From a virus, in IMG/VR virus record IMGVR_UViG_3300020171_000019, positions 12,138 through 76,137 of that record: 64,000 bases of DNA. One strand, given 5' to 3'. Below the pieces are notes generated by a model that saw only the letters and a program-made list of their open reading frames with translations, did not search any database and was not told the DNA's origin. The first letter of the stretch is position 1, and each line of letters opens with the position of its first letter. Positions 18,848-27,728 of the stretch are shown here, piece after piece. A program made the position numbers and the translations under genes.

Positions 18848-21301
18848 ATGAAAAGACTGAGTTTGATTCTGGTTGGGCTGATTGCCCTTGTGCTTCCTGC
18901 GGTAGGGAGTGCATCAAAGTGGACAGTTGCGGACACGTTGCGCGTGGACAAGATCATTGCCAAAGATTCAAGCGCGGTACAGATGGGCGCAATGAGCACT
19001 GCGTTGAGCGGTAAGATCTTGGCTGATTCGGTTCTGGGGCGGACGGATACGAACACAGGCATTGTGTTGGCCGGTAGCGATACGATCAAGATGCAGACAT
19101 CCGGAACGGTGCGCCTGAAGGTGAATCCTGACGGGACCGTGACGTTCATTAGCAACATCGGGGCTGAGAATGAGCCTACTCCATCATTCCCTATTTCATT
19201 CTTGAGCGGCACAGGGGACAAGATCGCACTGTGGGGCCAGTCCGGCAACACTTATGGTTTTGGTATTCAGAGTAACCTGCTACAGATTCACACGGACGTA
19301 ACTGGTGCGGACATTGCATTCGGGTACGGCTCCTCGGCGGCACTGACCGAGACGGCTCGGTTGACAGGCGCAGGACAGCTACAGATACCCACTATTGACG
19401 TTGCTGGAGGGATTCTACTCGGCGGAGATGTCAACCTCTATCGCGCTTCCGCTAATCGCCTGAAGACGGATGATGCTCTCACCGTAAACGATACTCTTAG
19501 CGTTACGGGTAAGAGTATCCTGACTGGGATTGTAAGCGTTGGAAACGGAACCGCTGCTCTTCCAGCGATAGCCGGTATCAGCGATCCGAATACCGGAATG
19601 AGGTTTCCAACAGGCGATACGCTTGCGTTCTCGACAGGCGGGAGCGAGCAGGTGCGGATTGATCCTAGTGGCAACGTCGGCTTCGGAACCACAACTTTCG
19701 GCACGAATGCGGCGAAAGTGATCGGTCTTAGCGCAGGGGTTTCTCCTACCACGAGTCTTGCGGATATGTCCCAGATATGGGCAGTAGACTACAACGGAGC
19801 GGGGTCTAATCGTCCGTATGTCAGAACCGAGGAAGGCAACTCCTCGCCAATCGCTGCACTCTCCGAAACGGCAATCTACTACGGCATCACGTGGAACGAG
19901 TCTGCGGATTCCTACACGAGAACCGGCAGAACTGCAGGACACAAGGTCGCTGCTACGCTTCCTGCTGGTATGCTGCCGATTCAAGAGTCTATGCGTGGCT
20001 GTCTTCTCTCCGACGCTGGAGCGGTGAACTACTACCTATCGCCTACAAACTGGGCATATAAGGAAGACGGTGCAACCGCCTCAGTTCTCACCGGCGCAGG
20101 TGGCCAGGTGATGGTGGAGATACCGAAGTTCTGGTACCGCTACGGTTACGCAAGCACAACTCATACGTGGGAAGTATCCCCCGTTCCGATGTCGGGTTTC
20201 GCGCCTCATCCCGCGTTCTACAAAGACGGTGCTTGGGTGGACAACAGATACATCGGAGCATATGAGGGAACGCTCTACAATGTAGGGAGCGCTTTCTACG
20301 AAAACAAGTTCGCACCGGTTGCTTCGCATTCTGCAACCTTCGATGTTGATCCCGGAACGATTACTGCCGGCTCAGGAACGCCTTATTCGTGGTTGGCGGC
20401 TGGCGATACGATCGTTGTTACGGGAGCTGGAGGCAGTAACGGGACATACGCTATTAGCACGGTGACGGGAACCGTTATTACGTGTACTGGAGTCATAGCC
20501 GGTGTTGATTCTGTGCAGGCAACAACGGTGATTTCGTCTCTTGCGGCGGATTGGACTGCAACCACAGGCGATAAGCTGAGCTCAGTGTCAGGATTGTTCG
20601 CAGTCTCGAATGGCACGCGAGCGCAGTTCCGCGAGATCGCCCTGAATAGGGGAGCTGGCTGGAGGCAGATAGATTACGATCTGGTTGCGGCGATTCAGCT
20701 CTTGTGTCTGACTGAGTATGCATCGTTCTATACACAGTCCGTGATTGGCGCAGGCATCTCGAATGTCGCCGACTGGAGTGCTTACAATGCTTACTATCCC
20801 ATTGCCAAAACCGGCACAGGTAATGCGATCGGGAATGCGAGCGGTAACACGGCAGGTTCAACAACTGCTGCGGCAGAGGTGAGTGATTACGTCAAGTATA
20901 GAGGAATTGAACAGTGGTACGGACACCTGTGGAAATTTGTAGATGGGATCAACATCAACAACAACATCCCATATCGGTGCAACACGGAGACTAACTTTGC
21001 CGATGACACGGCAAGTAACTACACCGCGATGACGAATGCCCTCGGCGCTGCAGTGACACTGCACAACGCCAATGGGTATGTGGCTACGCTGCAAAAGATG
21101 AAATGGGGATTTCTGCCTGCGAGCGTAGGCGCAGACGGAGCAACGAAGATCACCGATTACTACTATCAGAATAGCGGCTGGCGCGTCGCCTTGTTCGGTG
21201 GCGCTTCTGAGGATGGCGCGAATGACGGTGGCTTCTATTGGTATCTGAATAATGCCTCATCCGATGCCAATCCGTATATTTGCGCCCGCGTTGGATTTTA
21301 G
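18848..21301 (+). CDS. DGR target: fibre/adhesin-like protein with signal peptide and C-terminal C-type-lectin-fold (FGE-like) domain
   Basis: Signal MKRLSLILVGLIALVLPAVGSA; fibre motifs DVNLYR, LAFSTGGSEQVRIDPSGNVG; QVMVEIPKF, YIGAYEG, YRGIEQWYGHLWKFVDG; VR at C-terminus. Confidence 0.9.
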   Translation: MKRLSLILVGLIALVLPAVGSASKWTVADTLRVDKIIAKDSSAVQMGAMSTALSGKILADSVLGRTDTNTGIVLAGSDTIKMQTSGTVRLKVNPDGTVTFISNIGAENEPTPSFPISFLSGTGDKIALWGQSGNTYGFGIQSNLLQIHTDVTGADIAFGYGSSAALTETARLTGAGQLQIPTIDVAGGILLGGDVNLYRASANRLKTDDALTVNDTLSVTGKSILTGIVSVGNGTAALPAIAGISDPNTGMRFPTGDTLAFSTGGSEQVRIDPSGNVGFGTTTFGTNAAKVIGLSAGVSPTTSLADMSQIWAVDYNGAGSNRPYVRTEEGNSSPIAALSETAIYYGITWNESADSYTRTGRTAGHKVAATLPAGMLPIQESMRGCLLSDAGAVNYYLSPTNWAYKEDGATASVLTGAGGQVMVEIPKFWYRYGYASTTHTWEVSPVPMSGFAPHPAFYKDGAWVDNRYIGAYEGTLYNVGSAFYENKFAPVASHSATFDVDPGTITAGSGTPYSWLAAGDTIVVTGAGGSNGTYAISTVTGTVITCTGVIAGVDSVQATTVISSLAADWTATTGDKLSSVSGLFAVSNGTRAQFREIALNRGAGWRQIDYDLVAAIQLLCLTEYASFYTQSVIGAGISNVADWSAYNAYYPIAKTGTGNAIGNASGNTAGSTTAAAEVSDYVKYRGIEQWYGHLWKFVDGININNNIPYRCNTETNFADDTASNYTAMTNALGAAVTLHNANGYVATLQKMKWGFLPASVGADGATKITDYYYQNSGWRVALFGGASEDGANDGGFYWYLNNASSDANPYICARVGF
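21178..21294 (+). repeat. DGR variable repeat (VR)
   Basis: 117 bp ungapped match to TR; 16 of 17 mismatches fall at TR adenines. Confidence 0.97.
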
Positions 21302-21352
21302 GTATTATATGAAAGGAGGTTATGAAATAAACAGGATGTACACTCTGGTGCA

Positions 21353-21469
21353 CTGGCACGTCGCCTTATTCAGTGGCAATTCTAATAATGGCACGAATGA
21401 CAGTGACTTCTATTGGAATCTGAATAATGCCTCATCCAATGCCAATCCGAATATTTGCACCCACGTAGG
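21353..21469 (+). ncRNA. DGR template repeat (TR)
   Basis: A-rich copy of VR with 10 in-frame AAT codons; lies between target and RT. Confidence 0.95.
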
Positions 21470-21597
21470 TTGAGCCAACTTGAAAACGATTTTGTGAGTG
21501 TACAATCCTTGCCTCTTGGCAGAAGAAACAGCATCTCCACTAAGGGTTGGTAGGGTGCAGAAATGCATATCGAACGCCCTGGAGATGGCTTAAACCA

Positions 21598-22632
21598 ATG
21601 AAGCGACATGGCAATCTGTACAAGGCAATCTGCACGACAGAGAACATCGCAGAAGCCCACAGGAACGCACGGAAGGGAAAGACGCACTACGGTGAAGTGC
21701 AAAAGGTGGACAAAAATCCCGAGATGTATTTTCCCAAGATCCAGAGAATGTTGATGCACAAAACGTTTCGCAACTCCAGATACTCAGTATTCAAGTTGAG
21801 AGATGCAGGCAAAGAAAGAATTATCCACAAACTCCCGTACTTCCCAGACAGGATCGTTCATCACGCCATAATGCAAGTAGTGGAACCAATCTGGAAGCGC
21901 ACGCTTATCAATGATACATTCTCGTCAATCAGGGGCAGGGGAATCCATAAGGGAATGAAGCGGATAACAGGGGCGATGCAAGACAAAGAGGGCACGAGAT
22001 ATTGCCTGAAGCTTGACATAAGCAAATACTACCCATCCATCGACCATGATGTCTTGAAACAGATCATTCGCAGAAAAATAAAGGACCCTGATCTTCTCTG
22101 GTTACTTGATGAAATTATAGACTCGGCTCCAGGTGTCCCGATAGGAAATTACCTGAGTCAGTATTTTGCCAACTTGTATCTGAACGGCTTTGATCACTGG
22201 GCGAAGGAAACAATGAGAATCAAGTGGTATTTCAGGTATTGTGACGACATTGTAATCTTCGGTGCCACGAAAGAAGGATTACACGTGCTCCTATCTAAAA
22301 TCCGGGACTACTTGTGTCAGGTTCTACGGTTGAGCGTCAAAGGCAACTACCAGGTGTTTCCCGTTGAGGTGCGCGGCGTAGACTTTCTTGGGTATGTATT
22401 CCGGCACAGCCATACCCTCGTGCGACGACGGATTAGGGACAACTGCATCAAGGCATTGAAAGGAAATATCCGGGACATCCACAAGCAACTACCGAGTTAC
22501 TTCGGGTGGTTCGGTCACTGCAACAGTCACAATCTTCGGCGATCCCTTGTTGGGGATGACCTACGGGAACGAATGAACAGATATTGCCAGATGAGCGCAT
22601 TGAGTAATCCACTTAGAGGAGGTTTGATATGA
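21598..22632 (+). CDS. DGR reverse transcriptase
   Basis: MKRHGNLY, DRIVHHA, LKLDISKYYPSI, GVPIGNYLSQ (DGR-type SQ), YFRYCDD, DFLGY. Confidence 0.96.
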   Translation: MKRHGNLYKAICTTENIAEAHRNARKGKTHYGEVQKVDKNPEMYFPKIQRMLMHKTFRNSRYSVFKLRDAGKERIIHKLPYFPDRIVHHAIMQVVEPIWKRTLINDTFSSIRGRGIHKGMKRITGAMQDKEGTRYCLKLDISKYYPSIDHDVLKQIIRRKIKDPDLLWLLDEIIDSAPGVPIGNYLSQYFANLYLNGFDHWAKETMRIKWYFRYCDDIVIFGATKEGLHVLLSKIRDYLCQVLRLSVKGNYQVFPVEVRGVDFLGYVFRHSHTLVRRRIRDNCIKALKGNIRDIHKQLPSYFGWFGHCNSHNLRRSLVGDDLRERMNRYCQMSALSNPLRGGLI

Positions 22633-23012
22633 AATCAAGCTCCGATCGTTTTCCAGATGTGGTGGTGCTGTCAAACGAGCGTACCCAAATTCGCTACAAC
22701 GTCTCACCTGTTACCAAGCAGGACATGGACGGCATGATCAGGACGGTCTATGAGTTCGATTATGTAGAAATTTCCGGTGATGTAACCAAGGAGAAGATCG
22801 TGGAGGCAATCCTTCTTGTAGAGAATCCAGAGCCTGCAATGGAGATCGTGCAGGTCGTTGAGGAGAAAGCTATTGTCAATGTTGATGCGGTGCGAGTCAT
22901 GGCAGTAGAGGCAGTAGCAGAAGCGGCAGAACGGTTGAGAACTGCGCCGGACAAGGAAGACGTTGTGATTGAGACAAACCCAATGGAGGTCATATGGACT
23001 GGCAGCAAGTAA
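22629..23012 (+). CDS. hypothetical protein translationally coupled to RT
   Basis: ATGA overlap with RT stop; QIRYNV...YEFDYVEI. Confidence 0.7.
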   Translation: MKSSSDRFPDVVVLSNERTQIRYNVSPVTKQDMDGMIRTVYEFDYVEISGDVTKEKIVEAILLVENPEPAMEIVQVVEEKAIVNVDAVRVMAVEAVAEAAERLRTAPDKEDVVIETNPMEVIWTGSK

Positions 23013-23275
23013 TACCGATCATTGTATGGATCGCAACCCAGATCTTGAAGGTGGCTGTGCCGGCGCTTGAACGGACAGGACTTGGCAAGAGCGTTCTTCC
23101 AATTATAGCGGTTGCGGTGGGAGTAGTAGCGGGCGCAGTGGTTGACCAGCAGATCCTTGACGTGGCATTCCCGTCATTGATGCAAGGATTGACCAATGCT
23201 GGCTACGGGTTGATGGCTACGGGCATTCACGAAGTCGGGACTTCGGTTGGCAAGATGTTTGGGAAGCGAGTATGA
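22994..23275 (+). CDS. holin-like membrane protein
   Basis: TQILK...VLPIIAVAVGVVAG...GLMATGIHE; 2-3 hydrophobic helices. Confidence 0.65.
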   Translation: MDWQQVIPIIVWIATQILKVAVPALERTGLGKSVLPIIAVAVGVVAGAVVDQQILDVAFPSLMQGLTNAGYGLMATGIHEVGTSVGKMFGKRV

Positions 23276-23288
23276 GGGAGGTGCGCTG

Positions 23289-23618
23289 ATGCCAGAAGAA
23301 GTTGAAGAATACCAGGAGCAACAGAACGAGGAGAGGTATGTGACCTGGAAGGGGTTTATAGTCGCAATAGTGCCCTTGCTTGTGATTCTCATGGGGGCAC
23401 AGATGTGGATAGTGAGAGTCCATGCGGAGCTTCCTTACCACGTTGGAGTAATAGCAATTGCATACGAGAAATCCAAGGGTGAAGTTCTGGAAGCTCGGCT
23501 GTCCAGGATGGAGGTTGATGTTAAGGAGATAAAAACCCAGATCGAACAGAACAATCAGGAGATCCAAGATCTGATTAAGGATCTGGGTAGAGAACTGCGA
23601 CAAGGACGCAGACTATGA
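23289..23618 (+). CDS. single-TM coiled-coil protein
   Basis: FIVAIVPLLVILMG followed by heptads. Confidence 0.6.
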   Translation: MPEEVEEYQEQQNEERYVTWKGFIVAIVPLLVILMGAQMWIVRVHAELPYHVGVIAIAYEKSKGEVLEARLSRMEVDVKEIKTQIEQNNQEIQDLIKDLGRELRQGRRL

Positions 23619-23923
23619 CCGTAGAGAGTATAGGCGCAGGCATAGCAGGTGTTGGTGTCTTGGGTGGAGTGTTGCGGATTCTGTCGGTTGCATGGCGATG
23701 GCGACGGGCCTTGGGTGCAATAGCCATGCTGATTGAAGAATATAAGGCCGCAAAAGCCCCTGACAGTGATGGCGGCTCAAAGATTACGGGTTTTGAATCA
23801 GAATACTTGATCCAGAGAATCACCGAGATTGTGACTGAGGGAATAAGGGCTAAGACTCCACCTCCCCAGGATGTAGTTGAGAACAGTCCTATCCCTCTTG
23901 AGTCCGACAAGGAGACCCAGTAA
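23615..23923 (+). CDS. membrane-anchored hypothetical protein
   Basis: N-terminal hydrophobic helix; coupled start and stop. Confidence 0.55.
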   Translation: MTVESIGAGIAGVGVLGGVLRILSVAWRWRRALGAIAMLIEEYKAAKAPDSDGGSKITGFESEYLIQRITEIVTEGIRAKTPPPQDVVENSPIPLESDKETQ

Positions 23924-24684
23924 TGTCCTTGGCTCTGATGTGCACGGAAAGAGATGTCATAGACCGGATACCACAGTTGTATGAGTCCGGGGCGTCGAAT
24001 GAATATCCCGTGCGCGGTCTTGCGCAGATTCGGCGCACGATCTATCAGACAGACGGTCAACTCAGGTCGATGCTTCGGGTGTTGTATGGTGACAGCCTGA
24101 CTATCACATCCTGGGCGGATGTGCCAGAGCCAAAGGATGTCAATACGGGGGGTGGTGGACTGACCCAGGCAACCGCAAGTGCAGCGGCTATCACGGAATT
24201 GTGGACGGTGACATATACATCGACAAGCGCATTTAGTGTGGCAGGGGCGCTGTCTGGGGCACAAGGAACCGGCACAAAGAGCACGGCATTTACCTCGACA
24301 AATGGTTATCTGTCTATTGCTGCGGCGGATTGGTCAGGAACGCCAGCGAACGCAGATATTTTCTTCATTCGAGTTTTTGCAGTAGAGTCAACGCTTGTCG
24401 ATATTTCGGCATGTCTGGCGTCGATCAGCATTCTGAGGTCTGTATATGGTTCAGAGATACCGAACAGTTCAGACCTGGCCGAGCAATATGAGGCATATCT
24501 TTGGGGAGCAGAGAAGAAGCCCGGCATTCTCAGGCTCCTTCTTGATCCTACGACCAGTGGCACGATACTACAGAAGGGCTTATCAGTCCGGAACCTCGAT
24601 CCTATCCAGGTGGACTGGGAGATCAGCGAGGAAGGGGAAGATGTGACGGACTACGCAACCAAGGAATGGGACGCCGTTGAGTAG
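23923..24684 (+). CDS. head-tail adaptor-like protein with beta-rich insertion
   Basis: CTERDV...TDGQLRSML...LVDISACLA; position before the morphogenesis gene. Confidence 0.6.
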   Translation: MSLALMCTERDVIDRIPQLYESGASNEYPVRGLAQIRRTIYQTDGQLRSMLRVLYGDSLTITSWADVPEPKDVNTGGGGLTQATASAAAITELWTVTYTSTSAFSVAGALSGAQGTGTKSTAFTSTNGYLSIAAADWSGTPANADIFFIRVFAVESTLVDISACLASISILRSVYGSEIPNSSDLAEQYEAYLWGAEKKPGILRLLLDPTTSGTILQKGLSVRNLDPIQVDWEISEEGEDVTDYATKEWDAVE

Positions 24685-25144
24685 CACAATTACGATGAAA
24701 TGCGACACCAAAGAGGTGCAGACTGCGCTTGCTGAATTGTTCAGGAAGCAAGCCACTCTCAAGCCGTTCTTTGAAATGATATGGCCTATTCTTCACAGGT
24801 CGATAATGGCGAATTTCCGAGCAGGCGGTAGGCCGAATAGATGGCCGTATTTGTCTGATGCAACTATCAATGCAAGGAAGAAGCGAAAGACATGGCGGGA
24901 AGGCGTTGGGAGTGACCAGCCGATACTGCAGGAGTATGGGAAGCTGCGGGAGTCCGTAGGTTCTGTTCTGTCCATAACAGACACACGACTTGAGTATGGC
25001 ACCAATGATGTGCGTGCGGGGGCGCTGCAATTTGGATGGAAGAAGAAACACCTGCCTGCGCGACCGTTCATCATGTTCCAAGACGAAGACATCGACCGAG
25101 TTGCCGCAATGGCAGCAGGCTTTGCTTTCGGGATCAAAAAATAA
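24677..25144 (+). CDS. virion morphogenesis / tail completion protein (Mu gpG-like)
   Basis: NFRAGGRP..W..LS..T, GKLRES, GTN...LQFG, LPARPFI. Confidence 0.85.
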   Translation: MSSTITMKCDTKEVQTALAELFRKQATLKPFFEMIWPILHRSIMANFRAGGRPNRWPYLSDATINARKKRKTWREGVGSDQPILQEYGKLRESVGSVLSITDTRLEYGTNDVRAGALQFGWKKKHLPARPFIMFQDEDIDRVAAMAAGFAFGIKK

Positions 25145-25280
25145 TCTCCTCTGATTCGAGTTCTGGGTGAGGTTCTGGCCTGACCCCTCGATAGTAGTGC
25201 TTCTCATACCGGTTCATGGCCGGTGTCCCCAAACCCTCACAATCTGTGCGGAAACACATAAATTGGCCTATTCAACCAAC

Positions 25281-26189
25281 ATGAAAACGCTGTTGACGGC
25301 GATAAAAACCCGTTTGCAAACATACAGCCAAACCGGAGAAACATTGGCCTCTATCAAAACATGGAAGCGTGGCATACTCCCACCATTGCCTGTGTTCCCG
25401 GCCCTTGTGCTACTGCCGGTGCAGGAACTCTTTCACAGGGTGATGTCTGGAGGCACATACTGGGTGGATCGGATTGTGGAGATCAGGGTGTACCAGAAGT
25501 CATACCAGGCAACCAAACACTCCGTGGCCGATGCGATGGACTTGATGAATGCGCTAAAGGACATCATTCGGACAGAATACCAATGGGTGCATGGTAGTGT
25601 TGAACAATGCGCAGATACGCTGTTTGGAGATGAGGACATAGGCGACTGGGAGCCATTCAGGAATGCCTTTGTGCAGCGGAGCTCGATGAGAATTACATGT
25701 CGGTCACAGGAGGCATATCCGACCCAGACGGTCACAACGACCTTATCGGATGTAGCATTCAGGCCGTTCATTGACAACGTGTATGCGACCCTGCAGGGAT
25801 ACCAGGCCACAACATTGTCGGCAGTCAAGACGATGGAGGAGCATACAATTGTGCCGATTCCTGCAACACGGTTTCCAGCGATTGCGGTAAACGGCGAGAC
25901 TGAACAGCTTGTGCATGAACCGACATCCGTGGACACGGCCAACAGAAACATGACCATCCGGGTATGGACGCACTTGCTGGACAAAGAAAGCCTGCTCGAT
26001 GCGAATCTTGACATCGTAGAAGCGGTGAAGGATATTCTCCAGATCAACTACGCATTTGGGGGACGGTGCCGCAATTCGGAGATCCAGGGAATTCGATATG
26101 GGCAAGCGGGGGAGGAAAAGCAGATGTTGTATGAATCCGTCCTAAGCCTGTCGTGCGAGGGAGTTGACGTTTTACCAGCGGTTGTCTGA
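25281..26189 (+). CDS. tail terminator-like protein with internally duplicated domain
   Basis: Two similar ~150 aa halves (FPALV/FPAIA, IRVY/IRVW, LKDII/VKDIL). Confidence 0.6.
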   Translation: MKTLLTAIKTRLQTYSQTGETLASIKTWKRGILPPLPVFPALVLLPVQELFHRVMSGGTYWVDRIVEIRVYQKSYQATKHSVADAMDLMNALKDIIRTEYQWVHGSVEQCADTLFGDEDIGDWEPFRNAFVQRSSMRITCRSQEAYPTQTVTTTLSDVAFRPFIDNVYATLQGYQATTLSAVKTMEEHTIVPIPATRFPAIAVNGETEQLVHEPTSVDTANRNMTIRVWTHLLDKESLLDANLDIVEAVKDILQINYAFGGRCRNSEIQGIRYGQAGEEKQMLYESVLSLSCEGVDVLPAVV

Positions 26190-26213
26190 GTCACAACCAC
26201 AAAGGAGGTTGAA

Positions 26214-27248
26214 ATGGCACTACGCACACCTTGGCAGGACAGATACTTCCTGTCAGAACAAAAGACCAGCATCTCGACGGCTGCCGGCTTTACGACTGGC
26301 AACATCGGGATACTGAGCAACGTCTTTGCACTGGCAACGAACAACCACCCACACATCAATCCAGGGCAGCAGATTGAAGACGTGCGGAAGGCAACAGGAA
26401 TAGCGCAGCGGTCGCTTCTATCGGCATCATCGGCGGGAGAGTATCAGCAGACACGGAAGGAACCGACCGTATCTCTGGAGTTCGACGCCAATGCTTTCAA
26501 CTTGGCACCGGTGTTATGGTCGCTGTTTCAGACCGGAGCATCGGAAGGAGCATCGACTGTATATCCCAAGACGTTCATTGCCTACACCGATCCGTCGTGT
26601 GAAGTGTGGCTGTCTATCCTTCGACAGATGACACCTGGGACTGCAGATTCGCACAGACTGGACGGAGCGATCTGTAAGACATTGACCCTGGAAGGCAAGG
26701 GGCAGGGGGCGCTCAAGGCAACTGCGGAATTCGTCGGATATGATGTGTTGACAAATGTAACCTGCACAGCGTCAACCGACCCGCTTCTCACATGGGCAAA
26801 CAAGGCTCCTCTTCTGTGGCGTAATGCAGGAATGTCCCTCGGAACGTATGTCGCCAACACTCCTATCGGAATTGACGGCTTCCGTGTTGTCATTTCCAAC
26901 AACGCTACTGGCGTCTACTACGATGACCACAGACCCCAGAAATGGGTACTCGGTGACCTGACTATCACGGGTGAAATCGCTGTGCCGTGGGCTTCCACGA
27001 CTGTCGGCGGGAATACCGAGTTTGACAAATTCGTGGCTGGCACTCCTTCACGGCTTCGTGTTATGTGGGGTAGTTACGCTGGCACCGCAGATGCGGAACT
27101 GGCAATTGAAGTCAACATGCGCTACACAGGCGCAACGGTCGAGGGTGACGTGGAAACAGTCACTACGCTCCCGTTCGAGCACGCCTACGACGGCACAACT
27201 TCAATCACGATAGTGGCAGGTGACTCAACCCTACGGACAATCACATAG
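26214..27248 (+). CDS. major tail (tube) protein
   Basis: 344 aa beta-rich protein upstream of the chaperone and tape measure; no sheath gene seen. Confidence 0.75.
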   Translation: MALRTPWQDRYFLSEQKTSISTAAGFTTGNIGILSNVFALATNNHPHINPGQQIEDVRKATGIAQRSLLSASSAGEYQQTRKEPTVSLEFDANAFNLAPVLWSLFQTGASEGASTVYPKTFIAYTDPSCEVWLSILRQMTPGTADSHRLDGAICKTLTLEGKGQGALKATAEFVGYDVLTNVTCTASTDPLLTWANKAPLLWRNAGMSLGTYVANTPIGIDGFRVVISNNATGVYYDDHRPQKWVLGDLTITGEIAVPWASTTVGGNTEFDKFVAGTPSRLRVMWGSYAGTADAELAIEVNMRYTGATVEGDVETVTTLPFEHAYDGTTSITIVAGDSTLRTIT

Positions 27249-27260
27249 GAGAAGTTTCAC

Positions 27261-27728
27261 ATGCGTGGCATATCGAAGAAGGCGATTCCGTATGTTCCGG
27301 AGCGTGATCGCGAAGCACCGGAAGGCGAACAGACAACATTCTGGGTGCGGCCAAGGAAGGGCGATGAGGGGGCCAAAATCGTATCCCTCTATACCGGCGC
27401 AGAGAGGGCTAACCCAGGGGCCTACCGGCAAATCTCAGAAGCCAAGTGGAAAGCTGCAGATGTAACCGTTTGGCTCGACACGGTGGAGAAGATAGACAAC
27501 TTCGCATTCTCAGAGGACTTCCCGGAGCTTCAGGCACAGGGTTTTATTGAGGAGATTTCTGACCCGGAACTCCTCAAGAAGGTGATGCGCGACATCCCAC
27601 TTGAGGACTACAACGAAGTAATCAACTTCGCGGCCAAGATTTCGACCTTGACGGAGACGGAAAAAAACGTCTCAGCCTCCTTGCCTATTTCTTCACGTGG
27701 GTCGGCGAGGAGCAAGATCGACAAGTAA
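27261..27728 (+). CDS. tail assembly chaperone (G-like)
   Basis: Position; slippery A AAA AAC at 27662-27668. Confidence 0.8.
   Translation: MRGISKKAIPYVPERDREAPEGEQTTFWVRPRKGDEGAKIVSLYTGAERANPGAYRQISEAKWKAADVTVWLDTVEKIDNFAFSEDFPELQAQGFIEEISDPELLKKVMRDIPLEDYNEVINFAAKISTLTETEKNVSASLPISSRGSARSKIDK

Noticed and set aside
21252-21473. 73 aa ORF translating through the TR
   Set aside because: It is the TR read in the VR frame (Asn-rich); best explained as template RNA, not a gene
21598-22632. RT as group II intron, retron or Abi
   Set aside because: No maturase/endonuclease extension or retron VTG motif; SQ motif and adjacent TR/VR indicate a DGR
25145-25280. Intergenic region as tRNA/ncRNA, with short matches to 53138-53208
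   Set aside because: TTCGA is present but there is no cloverleaf; the shared words are too short to exclude chance
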